Below, piece after piece: positions 17,244 to 25,485 of a stretch of DNA of 64,000 bases. Below the pieces are notes generated by a model that was given only the letters and a program-made list of their open reading frames with translations, made no database searches and was not told the origin of the DNA. Source of the stretch: Lachnospiraceae bacterium (lineage in GTDB: Bacteria > Bacillota > Clostridia > Lachnospirales > Lachnospiraceae). Both the position numbers and the translations under genes were made by a program. The first letter of the stretch is position 1. Every line of letters begins with the position of its first letter. The DNA lies in assembly GCA_024696005.1 (NCBI GenBank), contig JAILHF010000035.1, positions 28,440-92,439 of the forward strand. The letters run 5' to 3'.

Positions 17244-18022
17244 AAGCGTTTCCCTTTTTCTATCCCTTTGCGCATCAGCACGAAAGCCGTCAGCGGCGGC
17301 ACCTCCGTGCACATGTATCTGCACTTTGCGATCACGAAGCGCGCTGCCCAGATCAGCGCTGCCTTCCGGTAAAGAAAGGCATAGAGCACGCCCCGGTCGT
17401 AAAAGAATTTCCGGTCAAAGCCGTGAAACCAGGTCGAATCGCGCACCACCTCGCGCCCGATGACCGCAGGGACCGCAACAACCTTCAGGCCGGCCCGTAT
17501 GCAGTCCATGAAAAAGAGGCTGTCCTCCCCGTTGCTGTAGGGAGCCCCTCCGCCAAAGAGCGTGGAAAAACGCACACCCTTCTCACGAAGCCTCTCCAGT
17601 CGGGCCGCACAGCAAAATGTAGGATAGCGCCCGCAGTTAAAGAAGTGCACGCGCTTTTCCCTTTCGTTCCAATAGGTCTGCCTGCGTTCGTTCACGCGGA
17701 CATTAAAGAGGATCAGGTCCGCGCCCGGACGGCGCCGGAATGCCTTGATCACCTGTGTCGCATAGGATTCGTCGTATACGATGTCCTCGTCGGCAAAGAG
17801 AATGATGTCACCCTCCGCCTCATCAAGCGCGAGATTGCGGCTGCGCCCGACGCCGCGTTCGCTCCGTTCGAGGATCCGGATCGTGCGCCCGCGGTACGTG
17901 AGGGAACGCTCGCCGTCCCGGTCGCACTGGTTCACGATCACGGCGTCGTTCTTCAAGCCCATCTTTTCCGGCAGACGGTCCGCATCCTGCTCAAGCGCTG
18001 CCACAAGTACACAAAGCTTCAT
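17231..18022 (-). CDS. glycosyltransferase family A (GT2-like)
   Basis: 263 aa, ...RSRNLALDEAEGDIILFADEDIVYDESY (DxD-type motif). Confidence 0.7.
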   Translation of the reverse strand: MKLCVLVAALEQDADRLPEKMGLKNDAVIVNQCDRDGERSLTYRGRTIRILERSERGVGRSRNLALDEAEGDIILFADEDIVYDESYATQVIKAFRRRPGADLILFNVRVNERRQTYWNEREKRVHFFNCGRYPTFCCAARLERLREKGVRFSTLFGGGAPYSNGEDSLFFMDCIRAGLKVVAVPAVIGREVVRDSTWFHGFDRKFFYDRGVLYAFLYRKAALIWAARFVIAKCRYMCTEVPPLTAFVLMRKGIEKGKRLCRE

Positions 18023-19191
18023 GCGTCATTCTCCTCTTTTTCAGCCCCCGAGCTTTGCTCCGGGGATCCCGCCTTTTTGGCGTTCCGCTTTACGGAATGG
18101 AAGTAGTAGGCCCTGTGCAGGGAAGGCGATGCTTCGCAAAGGACCACCGCCCCGTTTTCGTGCTCCAAAAAACGGGAAAGCTCCGCCACGCCCACGCTTC
18201 CCGCGGCTATGCAGATCAGCTTTTCCGCATCTTTCTCTCCGGTATTTAAGCGTATCCCTTCCGGAAGCATTTCCATGACATGCCGGGCCGCTTCCGCCGG
18301 CACGGCCGTTCCCACGGGATCCACGATGCGAAGCGCTTCCGTATCCTTAAACTGCTTTTGCAGTTCTTCCCGCAGGCGCGCTTCCTCCCTCGCATCCTCT
18401 TTGCCCTTAAACATCACGCCGAGGCATTTCCCGCCTCCCCTGCGCACATCGGCGGCGAGCAGGATGCGGTCATCCATGACATAACAATATGCAAGCAGCA
18501 GAAACGAGACCAGCGCACCGATGCAGGCTCCGGCAACGGTCCAGCGAAGGATCGTGCTGATCTCCTCCACAACCTTTGCCTTCCCCCGGTCCCATACCGA
18601 GATCGATTCAAAGCCCGGCGCCGTGGATGCAAAGATCTGAAGGGCCAGCCCCAGCGCATTCTGGATGTCGTCCGCGCGCTGCGGATCCCGGTCGTCGACA
18701 TAAACATGGAACATGTGGATGTCCGTCAGCGTCGGCACAAAGCTGGCTTTCGCGATCGTGGACTTGTTCACATCCGTAAGGAAGCGGGATGCCACACCGG
18801 CGATCACATCCGTGTCGATCACGTCATTCCAGGTGGCGTCGTTATACCAGGCCTGCGTCTCCCCTTCCTGGCCGATCGTAAACTCTATGCTGTAAAGCGT
18901 GTCATTGCGGTAGATCGTCTCGGGCGCAAAGATCTTTTCCTTCACGAAACGGTATCCGCCGAAAAGCAGGGCACCGATCACCATCCCGGGCAGGAACATC
19001 CAGAGCCTGCGGACAAAGAGCAGCAGAAAGCGTCTCAGATCGAATCCGGCGTCCCGGGGATCCCCACTGCGCACGTATCCGGTCTTTTCTCCGCTTTTCG
19101 CGTCTGCCCTCACGCCGGGCGCGTTTCCGGATCCTTTCTCAGGATCGTTTTCCGCCCCGCGCTTTGTTTCCTTTTCTTCCGTTTGACTCAT
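18019..19191 (-). CDS. Wzz/PCP-like chain-length-determinant protein with an extra C-terminal cytoplasmic domain
   Basis: 390 aa. A charged N-terminus is followed by TM1 LWMFLPGMVIGALLFGGY, a ~190-aa loop and TM2 WTVAGACIGALVSFLLLAY. A ~140-aa tail then carries GVMFKGKE, a near-Walker-A sequence. Confidence 0.6.
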   Translation of the reverse strand: MSQTEEKETKRGAENDPEKGSGNAPGVRADAKSGEKTGYVRSGDPRDAGFDLRRFLLLFVRRLWMFLPGMVIGALLFGGYRFVKEKIFAPETIYRNDTLYSIEFTIGQEGETQAWYNDATWNDVIDTDVIAGVASRFLTDVNKSTIAKASFVPTLTDIHMFHVYVDDRDPQRADDIQNALGLALQIFASTAPGFESISVWDRGKAKVVEEISTILRWTVAGACIGALVSFLLLAYCYVMDDRILLAADVRRGGGKCLGVMFKGKEDAREEARLREELQKQFKDTEALRIVDPVGTAVPAEAARHVMEMLPEGIRLNTGEKDAEKLICIAAGSVGVAELSRFLEHENGAVVLCEASPSLHRAYYFHSVKRNAKKAGSPEQSSGAEKEENDA

Positions 19192-20596
19192 CTTTATCGT
19201 TCCCTTTCTTTTCCTCTTTCATCGCCGTCGTCTGTCCGCCTTCCACGCCTTCGGTGGCATCCGGCTTGAACAGGATCTTCAGCGTCAGGAGCATCAGCTT
19301 CAGATCCAGCCAGACGGAATAATTCTCGATATAGGTCAGATCCAGCTTCAGCTTATCGTAAGGCGTGGTATTGTATTTCCCGTATACCTGGGCATACCCC
19401 GCCAGTCCGGCCTTCACCTTCATGCGGAAGGAGAATTCCGGCATTTCTTTTTCGTATTCGGCTATGATCTCGGGGCGCTCCGGACGGGGCCCGATGAAAC
19501 TCATCTCGCCCTTGAAGATGTTCCAGAGCTGCGGCAGTTCATCCAGACGGCAGGCCCGGATAAAACGCCCCACCGGCGTGATGCGGTCATCCTTCTGCGA
19601 TGCAAGCCTTGCCACGCCATCCTTTTCGGCATCTACCCGCATGCTGCGGAATTTCAGGATGCGGAACTGTTTGCCGCCGATCGTGCAGCGCGTCTGCCGG
19701 TACAGAACGGGACCTCCGTCGTAAAGCTTTACGGCCAGGGCCACGAGGATCATGAACGGCAGGCTCAGGATCAGAAGCAGCACGGAACAGATCAGATCGA
19801 TCGCGCGCTTCGCGGCCCTCTGTTCCACGGTGAGCGCGTATTCACGGATCAGATAGATCGGTGTGTCAAAGATATGCATCTCTTCGGTGCCCTTGACCAG
19901 CACGTCGGAGATCTTGGGCATGATGTAGACCCGGATGGAACGGCCGTAGCAGTATTTCAGCAGGGTGTTGCGTTCCGCGGTGGGGATGTCCCAGAGCACC
20001 ATGCCGTCATAACGCTTTTCCACTTCCGCACAGATGGCGGGGATGCCCTCGGCGATGTCCATGGTCTTGCAGATCCGGTACTTGTCCGGACGGCTGGCAA
20101 ATTTCCGCAGGATCTCCCCGGCGGAGCGGTTGCCGTTTACCAGCAGCAGATCCCGGGGCGGGAAGAGCATGCTGTAGATCCCCTGGCTCAGCAGGGTCCA
20201 TATGCCGATCCAGAGGATCTGGGCCCCCGTCAGAAGCAGCATCTCCTGGGCGCGTATCAACTCCGTGGCCATCAGGCAGAGCACCGCATAGCCCATGATA
20301 TTGGCGATCACCGTGGAGATGAGCTGGGAGAAGAAGACCTCCCAGGCTTTCAGGGAACCGATGCGCGTCCCTCCGTAGGTCCGTGACAAAAGAAAGAGGA
20401 TCACCAGATATACCGCGATCAGGGTCAGGTCACCCTTGATCCAGAAGATGATCCCCTTCTCTTTATTCGTTATCTCGTTCAAAATGGGTTTATAATACCA
20501 GAACCAGCACAGTGCAAAGCCCGTTACCTGCACCGCGAGGTTCACCAAAGACAGGAAAAGTATGATGATCCTTCTCGACGTTTCCAGTTTCCTCAT
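19139..20596 (-). CDS. polyprenyl-phosphate glycosyl-1-phosphate transferase (WbaP/EpsL-type priming enzyme)
   Basis: 485 aa. N-terminal TMs and a linker domain precede the Bac_transf core KRAIDLICS...GGPVLYRQTRCTIGGKQFRILKFRSM...DELPQLWNIFKGEMSFIGPRPERP. Confidence 0.9.
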   Translation of the reverse strand: MRKLETSRRIIILFLSLVNLAVQVTGFALCWFWYYKPILNEITNKEKGIIFWIKGDLTLIAVYLVILFLLSRTYGGTRIGSLKAWEVFFSQLISTVIANIMGYAVLCLMATELIRAQEMLLLTGAQILWIGIWTLLSQGIYSMLFPPRDLLLVNGNRSAGEILRKFASRPDKYRICKTMDIAEGIPAICAEVEKRYDGMVLWDIPTAERNTLLKYCYGRSIRVYIMPKISDVLVKGTEEMHIFDTPIYLIREYALTVEQRAAKRAIDLICSVLLLILSLPFMILVALAVKLYDGGPVLYRQTRCTIGGKQFRILKFRSMRVDAEKDGVARLASQKDDRITPVGRFIRACRLDELPQLWNIFKGEMSFIGPRPERPEIIAEYEKEMPEFSFRMKVKAGLAGYAQVYGKYNTTPYDKLKLDLTYIENYSVWLDLKLMLLTLKILFKPDATEGVEGGQTTAMKEEKKGNDKDESNGRKGNKARGGKRS

Positions 20597-20703
20597 AACT
20601 TGTACATTATACCAAAAAACGCCCCATTATTCCAGTAATTTTTTGGGATTCCGCCAAAAGGAAAGTTGCCCGGAACGGGCCTTTTTGTGATATACTCGAG
20701 TGC

Positions 20704-21417
20704 ATGAGGATCGGAGGATTTTTACCCACAACCATGCTGGATTACCCGGGAAAGCTGGCCTGCACCGTCTTTACCCAGGGCTGCAATCTGCGCTGTCCCT
20801 GGTGCCAGAACGGCGGTCTGGTCCTCCCGGAGCTCTTTGAGGATCCGCAGGATCCCGCAGAAATACTCGCGCGCATCGAAAAACGCCGGAGGATCCTCGA
20901 AGGCGTCTGTGTCAGCGGCGGCGAACCCACGCTCCAGCCGGACCTGAAAGATTTCCTGAAAGAGATCCAAGCTCTCGGGCTTCCGGTCAAGCTCGACAGC
21001 AACGGTTCCCGTCCCGAGGTGCTCTCGGAACTGATCGAAGAGGGCCTGATCCGGGCCGTGGCCATGGACATCAAGGCCGCGCCCGATGCCTACGCAAAGG
21101 TCACCGGCATGGAGGCGCTCGACATCACGCCCTACCGCGAATCCGTCGCCCTGCTTTTGCATGCCGGTCTGGAATATTGCGAATTCCGCACCACTCTCGT
21201 AAAGGGGCTGCATAACGAAGAACAGGTCCGTCAGATCGGACAATGGCTGCACGGCGCCCCGCACTGGTATCTGCAGTCCTATGAGGAAAGCGACGCGGTG
21301 ATCTCCCGGCTGAACGGGAAAGACGCGCACTTTGAAGGCTTCTCCGAAGAAGAGATGAAAGCCTTTCTGCAGATCGCCGCCTCGGAAGTCCCCGGAGCCG
21401 CCCTCCGTTACTCCTGA
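20704..21417 (+). CDS. radical-SAM glycyl-radical-enzyme activase, NrdG-like
   Basis: 237 aa, GGFLPTTMLDYPGKLACTVFTQGCNLRCPWCQN...GVCVSGGEPTL. Confidence 0.8.
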   Translation: MRIGGFLPTTMLDYPGKLACTVFTQGCNLRCPWCQNGGLVLPELFEDPQDPAEILARIEKRRRILEGVCVSGGEPTLQPDLKDFLKEIQALGLPVKLDSNGSRPEVLSELIEEGLIRAVAMDIKAAPDAYAKVTGMEALDITPYRESVALLLHAGLEYCEFRTTLVKGLHNEEQVRQIGQWLHGAPHWYLQSYEESDAVISRLNGKDAHFEGFSEEEMKAFLQIAASEVPGAALRYS

Positions 21418-21902
21418 GCTTCCGCCCGCTCCTGCTCCTCGATATAGATCGCAAGGGTGTCGAACTTATCCGCGTAGATGATCTTCAACAGCTTATCCAG
21501 CTGCGTCAGGGATGACTTCAGCTGCTCAAGGCTGATCAGATCCTCCTCCAGACAGCTGACCATCTCATCGATATCCACCACTTTCACAAAACCGTCGGGA
21601 TAAATGATCACATCGGCCAGCAGGTCGGTCACGACCAGGGCGTTCTTCTCCCTGTCTTCCTCAAAATCCACGATATCGCAATACCAGTACAACAGGCTGC
21701 CGTCCGCGGTATAAAACTTGCTGACCTTGTAGCCTTCCCGGCGGAAATAGCAGGAATAACCGTGATGCAGGTCCTTTTTGGGCTTGAGCGCATTCCACTT
21801 CGTCAGGATCAGCTCATCATCCCAGCGGATGATCTCGTCATCCTTCAAAAGCACGCATTCCTGGGGGATCAAACGCTTCCGATACAGCAGTGGTCTCTCC
21901 AT
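21408..21902 (-). CDS. DUF402-family protein (Ntdp/FomD-like nucleotide hydrolase fold)
   Basis: 164 aa, ...GYKVSKFYTADGSLLYWYCDIVDFEEDREKNALVVTDLLADVIIYPDG. Confidence 0.7.
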   Translation of the reverse strand: MERPLLYRKRLIPQECVLLKDDEIIRWDDELILTKWNALKPKKDLHHGYSCYFRREGYKVSKFYTADGSLLYWYCDIVDFEEDREKNALVVTDLLADVIIYPDGFVKVVDIDEMVSCLEEDLISLEQLKSSLTQLDKLLKIIYADKFDTLAIYIEEQERAEAQE

Positions 21903-21923
21903 AAACAGCCTCCTTCCCGTTTT

Positions 21924-23891
21924 CTATATGTCAAACACCGGTTTATCCAAAAGTTCTTCGAATTCCTCCCTCGGCAGGGGACGGTCATAGAGAAAGCCCT
22001 GGGCGTAATAGCAGCCGGCCTTCTTCAGGAAATCCACATGTTCCTTGGTCTCGACGCCTTCGCAGATGACCTTGCGGTCCATGTCGCGTATCATGCGGAC
22101 GATGTTCGTGATCAGCTTTGCCGTCAGCGGATCCCCGTTCTCCAGGCCGAAGAGGAAGGAACGGTCCAACTTGACCACATCCGCATTCAGATCCTTCAGC
22201 AGGGAAAGGGAGGAATAGCCCGTCCCGAAATCGTCGATCGAGGTGCTGATCCCGTATTGCTTCATCGTGTCAACGAATATCTTGAGCGCATCAAAATCCT
22301 CGTAACCCGAAGACTCGGTAAGTTCCACTTCCAGAAGACTTCCGTCGATATGATAGCGTTCCACGATATTGAGGATCTTCTGCGCAAAATCCGGATTCTT
22401 CAGATGGACCTTGGAAAAGTTCGACGAGATCTTAACCGCCTTGCGTCCCTCATCGATCCATTTGCGCAGATCACGACAGACGTGTTCGAAAACATAAAAG
22501 TCCAGGACCGTGATGCTGCCTTCCTCTTCCAGGATCGGAATGAATTCGAAGGGCGGGACCACGTTGCCGTCCCTGAGCCAGCGCACCAGCGCTTCGCAGC
22601 CGCAGAGAGTATTGGAATGCATGTCTACCTTCGGCTGGTAATAGATCTGGAATTCTTCCTTCACGAGCGCATGATGATAACGGTTGAGCACCTGCTTGCG
22701 CTCCAGCAATTCCCCGTACATGTTCTTTTCGAACCAGACCTGATCGGCCGCACCCTTCTTCCTTGCGTTATTCAGCGCCAGATTGCAGGCATCCAGGATC
22801 GTAACAACATCGTCATCCGCTTTCGCGTCATAGATGCCGCAGCGGCTGCCGGGCTGGATCGTCGGCTGAGCGTCGGGCAGCTCCAGCTCCATCCGTTCCA
22901 GATTCTCCGTAAAGCGCTTGACGTTCTCCTGCTTCATCAGGATGACAAAATTGTCTCCGCCGTTTCTCGCCACGATCTCGTTCTTGCCGAGCATGTCATC
23001 CAGCTTATGCGCGTATTGCTGCAGAACGCTGTCGCCGGCACGGGAACCGTATTCCTGGTTGATGAACTTGAAATTCCGTATGCTGACGGCCAGGCCGCTG
23101 TACTGCGCGAGCCTGCCGCTCTTTCTCAGTTTTTCACCGAAACGCACAAGGCCGTCGTAATTCGAGATCCCCGTGAGCAGATCCCTTCCCGCCATCTCGT
23201 CGGAGATCCTCGTACAGAGGAAAACGCTGAAAACAGCGGCCAAAAGGACCAGGCCCACAAGCGCGATCGATTCCTTCCGGCTCACCTGTGAAAGCTCGAT
23301 GATCTCTTCATGGGAGCGCTGGATGTCTCTCTCGAGAACGAGGTTCATGAGCTCCATGTTATCGTTGACCCGCGTGATGTTCTCCTGCAGGGTGGTATGC
23401 ATGTAGTGGGCCGCCGTGGCCTTGTCCCCGCGGTCCCGGAAGGAAAACACGATATCGATGTTTTCGAAATATCCGACCACGCCGCTGAAAATGTCATGGT
23501 AAAAGCTTTCGTATTTTGTCCCTTTCAGGCCGTCACCAAAAGCGATCAGGGATTCCCTGACATCTCCCTCCAGACTTTTCGCCTTTTCTTCCAGCAGCGG
23601 AAGGTTCTCATCCTCTTCTTCGATCAGGTGATTGATCGCCAGAATCTGATGCTGCTGCAGCATGCGGCTGACGGAATGGATCTGCCCGATATTGGAATAG
23701 CAGTCCGCCATCATCGTCGTATAGGCCTCCAGCATGTGCTTCATGTTCATGCCCTGCCGGGCGATCCCGACAAAACAGACCAGCGCCGACAACACCGTGA
23801 TCAGGGCGATCCTTATCGATAATCTGTTTTTTCTCGAATGGCTTTTCTTCACTCTGTTTTCACTCCGCCGTGATCGCTTCAACGGTCTCAT
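21924..23891 (-). CDS. membrane c-di-GMP signalling protein: extracytoplasmic helical sensor, degenerate GGDEF and intact EAL
   Basis: 655 aa with two TMs flanking a ~170-aa helical domain. The GGDEF domain carries ARNGGDNF. The EAL motifs CEALVRW, ELTES, DDFGTGYSSL, KLDRSF and EGVET are all present. Confidence 0.85.
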   Translation of the reverse strand: MRPLKRSRRSENRVKKSHSRKNRLSIRIALITVLSALVCFVGIARQGMNMKHMLEAYTTMMADCYSNIGQIHSVSRMLQQHQILAINHLIEEEDENLPLLEEKAKSLEGDVRESLIAFGDGLKGTKYESFYHDIFSGVVGYFENIDIVFSFRDRGDKATAAHYMHTTLQENITRVNDNMELMNLVLERDIQRSHEEIIELSQVSRKESIALVGLVLLAAVFSVFLCTRISDEMAGRDLLTGISNYDGLVRFGEKLRKSGRLAQYSGLAVSIRNFKFINQEYGSRAGDSVLQQYAHKLDDMLGKNEIVARNGGDNFVILMKQENVKRFTENLERMELELPDAQPTIQPGSRCGIYDAKADDDVVTILDACNLALNNARKKGAADQVWFEKNMYGELLERKQVLNRYHHALVKEEFQIYYQPKVDMHSNTLCGCEALVRWLRDGNVVPPFEFIPILEEEGSITVLDFYVFEHVCRDLRKWIDEGRKAVKISSNFSKVHLKNPDFAQKILNIVERYHIDGSLLEVELTESSGYEDFDALKIFVDTMKQYGISTSIDDFGTGYSSLSLLKDLNADVVKLDRSFLFGLENGDPLTAKLITNIVRMIRDMDRKVICEGVETKEHVDFLKKAGCYYAQGFLYDRPLPREEFEELLDKPVFDI

Positions 23892-25095
23892 CCAACAATT
23901 CCTGCAGATCGCGTCCGTCGGGATTTCCGCCGGCGATCACCACTCCGAGCATCTGCGAAGCGTTCCAGAAATGATCCGATACCTTCTGCGCATAGCCGAA
24001 CTCCGACTGCTCCGCCAGCGCTGCCACTGCCGGCGCCGACTGTACCAGCTCACTCTCCGCCGCTTCGAGATCGGCCGGGAAATCCCCGATCTGACGGAAA
24101 CGCTTCAGCTGCTGATCCCTGCTGCAGAGGAATTCCGCCGCCTTCATGCTCCACTCCGGCTCTTTGGTACGGGAATTCACACCCATCAGCTTATACCCGA
24201 TAAAGCTGCACATCTGCACCTGGTCCCCGGCCAGCGTATAGGTAGGGAGTTTTGCGGCCGCGTAGTCCTCACCCCAGGCTGCCGCGACCTTTTCCGCATT
24301 CCAGGCTCCGTTCACGCCCGCGATCACGCTGCCGTCTTCCACCTCGGCAACAAAACCTTCATCCCCGAGGTTGACAAACGCAGGGTTTTCCGCTATGTCC
24401 AGCATGGCCTCACAAACATCCGTGCCTTTGTATTTCGTGTCTACGGCGTTCCAGTTACAGATATTCGCAGTCCCCTGTTCGTTCTGCTCCAGCGTAAGGC
24501 CTGCGCCCCTGAAAAAGGAATAGAGATACCAGCCGCTGCCGAAGTCCATGGTCACCTGCTTGCCGGCCCTGCCGGCCTCTGCCAGAAGACCGTCCATGGT
24601 GCGGATATCCTCTTCCGACAGAAACGCCTTGTTGTAATACAGAAAATAGCCGTTGCCGGCACTCAGCGGGATGGCATAAACCTTTCCGTCGCGCACCACC
24701 GCCCGGGCCGCAGCGGAATCCGCGCCGCCCACGCTTTCAAGCAGGGCATCCGCATCGCCACCCACGGGCAGAAGAGCCCCGGCCTTCCAGAGATCATCCA
24801 ACTGATCGTCCGCAAAGCAAAAGATATCGGCCGCTCCGTCGATATCGGACAGAACGGTCGCCTTGCAGCTGTTTTCTCCTTCTATGCTGATCGTGTAAGT
24901 GATGACCGCTTCCTTCTCATGCTCGGACGCAAACTGCCGCATGGCTTCTTCCAAAAGCGGCACGCTCTGCTCCGACCCCCACAGGGAAAGCGAAACCTGC
25001 GGAAGTTCCTTTTCTTCTTTTCCGGCGCAGCCCGCAAGAAAAAAAACGGCCCCGAATATGAATGAGATCATGAAAAGCGCCCTGGAAACGCGCAT
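23860..25095 (-). CDS. lipoprotein ABC-type solute-binding protein (family 1, sugar-type)
   Basis: MRVSRALFMISFIFGAVFFLAGC lipobox. SD GGAGG precedes ATG 25095. No permease or ATPase gene is adjacent. The 3' end overlaps the GGDEF-EAL start by 32 nt. Confidence 0.8.
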   Translation of the reverse strand: MRVSRALFMISFIFGAVFFLAGCAGKEEKELPQVSLSLWGSEQSVPLLEEAMRQFASEHEKEAVITYTISIEGENSCKATVLSDIDGAADIFCFADDQLDDLWKAGALLPVGGDADALLESVGGADSAAARAVVRDGKVYAIPLSAGNGYFLYYNKAFLSEEDIRTMDGLLAEAGRAGKQVTMDFGSGWYLYSFFRGAGLTLEQNEQGTANICNWNAVDTKYKGTDVCEAMLDIAENPAFVNLGDEGFVAEVEDGSVIAGVNGAWNAEKVAAAWGEDYAAAKLPTYTLAGDQVQMCSFIGYKLMGVNSRTKEPEWSMKAAEFLCSRDQQLKRFRQIGDFPADLEAAESELVQSAPAVAALAEQSEFGYAQKVSDHFWNASQMLGVVIAGGNPDGRDLQELLDETVEAITAE

Positions 25096-25122
25096 GCTCC
25101 TACCTCCGCTTGTTATCACATC

Positions 25123-25152
25123 ATTCTACCATACTATGCATGTGCACGGCAA
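25123..25152 (-). promoter_or_regulatory. sigma-A promoter for the SBP/GGDEF-EAL/DUF402 operon
   Basis: Minus strand: TTGCCG, an 18-nt spacer, then TGgTAGAAT (extended -10). Confidence 0.45.
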
Positions 25153-25156
25153 GGAA

Positions 25157-25190
25157 ATAAAAAAGCCCTTTTCCCAAACGGGAAAAGGGC
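25157..25190 (-). terminator. intrinsic terminator after the ferredoxin gene
   Basis: GCCCUUUUCCC-guu-UGGGAAAAGGGC followed by UUUUUUAUUU on the minus strand. Confidence 0.85.
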
Positions 25191-25210
25191 AGATCTTCGA
25201 TCGTCCGGTC

Positions 25211-25381
25211 TCAGCCTTCCTTGATCACGCCCACAGGGCAAGCACCTGCGCAAGCACCGCAGCTGATGCAGGTATCGGGATCGATCTCGTATTTGCCGTC
25301 ACCTTCGTTGATGGCACCGACAGGGCAGCCGCCCGCACAGGTACCACAGGATACACATCCGTCTTCGATCACATATGCCAT
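25211..25381 (-). CDS. 2x[4Fe-4S] ferredoxin (56 aa)
   Basis: Below the ORF-track length cutoff. My translation is MAYVIEDGCVSCGTCAGGCPVGAINEGDGKYEIDPDTCISCGACAGACPVGVIKEG. It has two CxxCxxCxxxCP motifs. SD AGGAGGGA lies 7 nt upstream. Confidence 0.9.
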   Translation of the reverse strand: MAYVIEDGCVSCGTCAGGCPVGAINEGDGKYEIDPDTCISCGACAGACPVGVIKEG

Positions 25382-25448
25382 GATTTATTCCCTCCTGTCA
25401 ATAATATTAGATTTTAACTGCCGAAGTCTGTCTCAACCCGACGCAGTG

Positions 25449-25480
25449 ATTATAGCATTTTCTTTGCGGTTAGTGATATA
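25449..25480 (-). promoter_or_regulatory. possible extended -10 promoter for the ferredoxin gene
   Basis: Minus strand: TGcTATAAT (25457-25449). The -35 is poor. Confidence 0.35.
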
Positions 25481-25485
25481 TAATC

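Noticed and set aside
20664-20680. Small GC hairpin GCCCG-gaa-CGGGC followed by CTTTTT, considered as a terminator
   Set aside because: No plus-strand gene ends upstream of it. It lies inside the divergent promoter region, within the spacer of the NrdG-like promoter. Its stem is only 5 bp.
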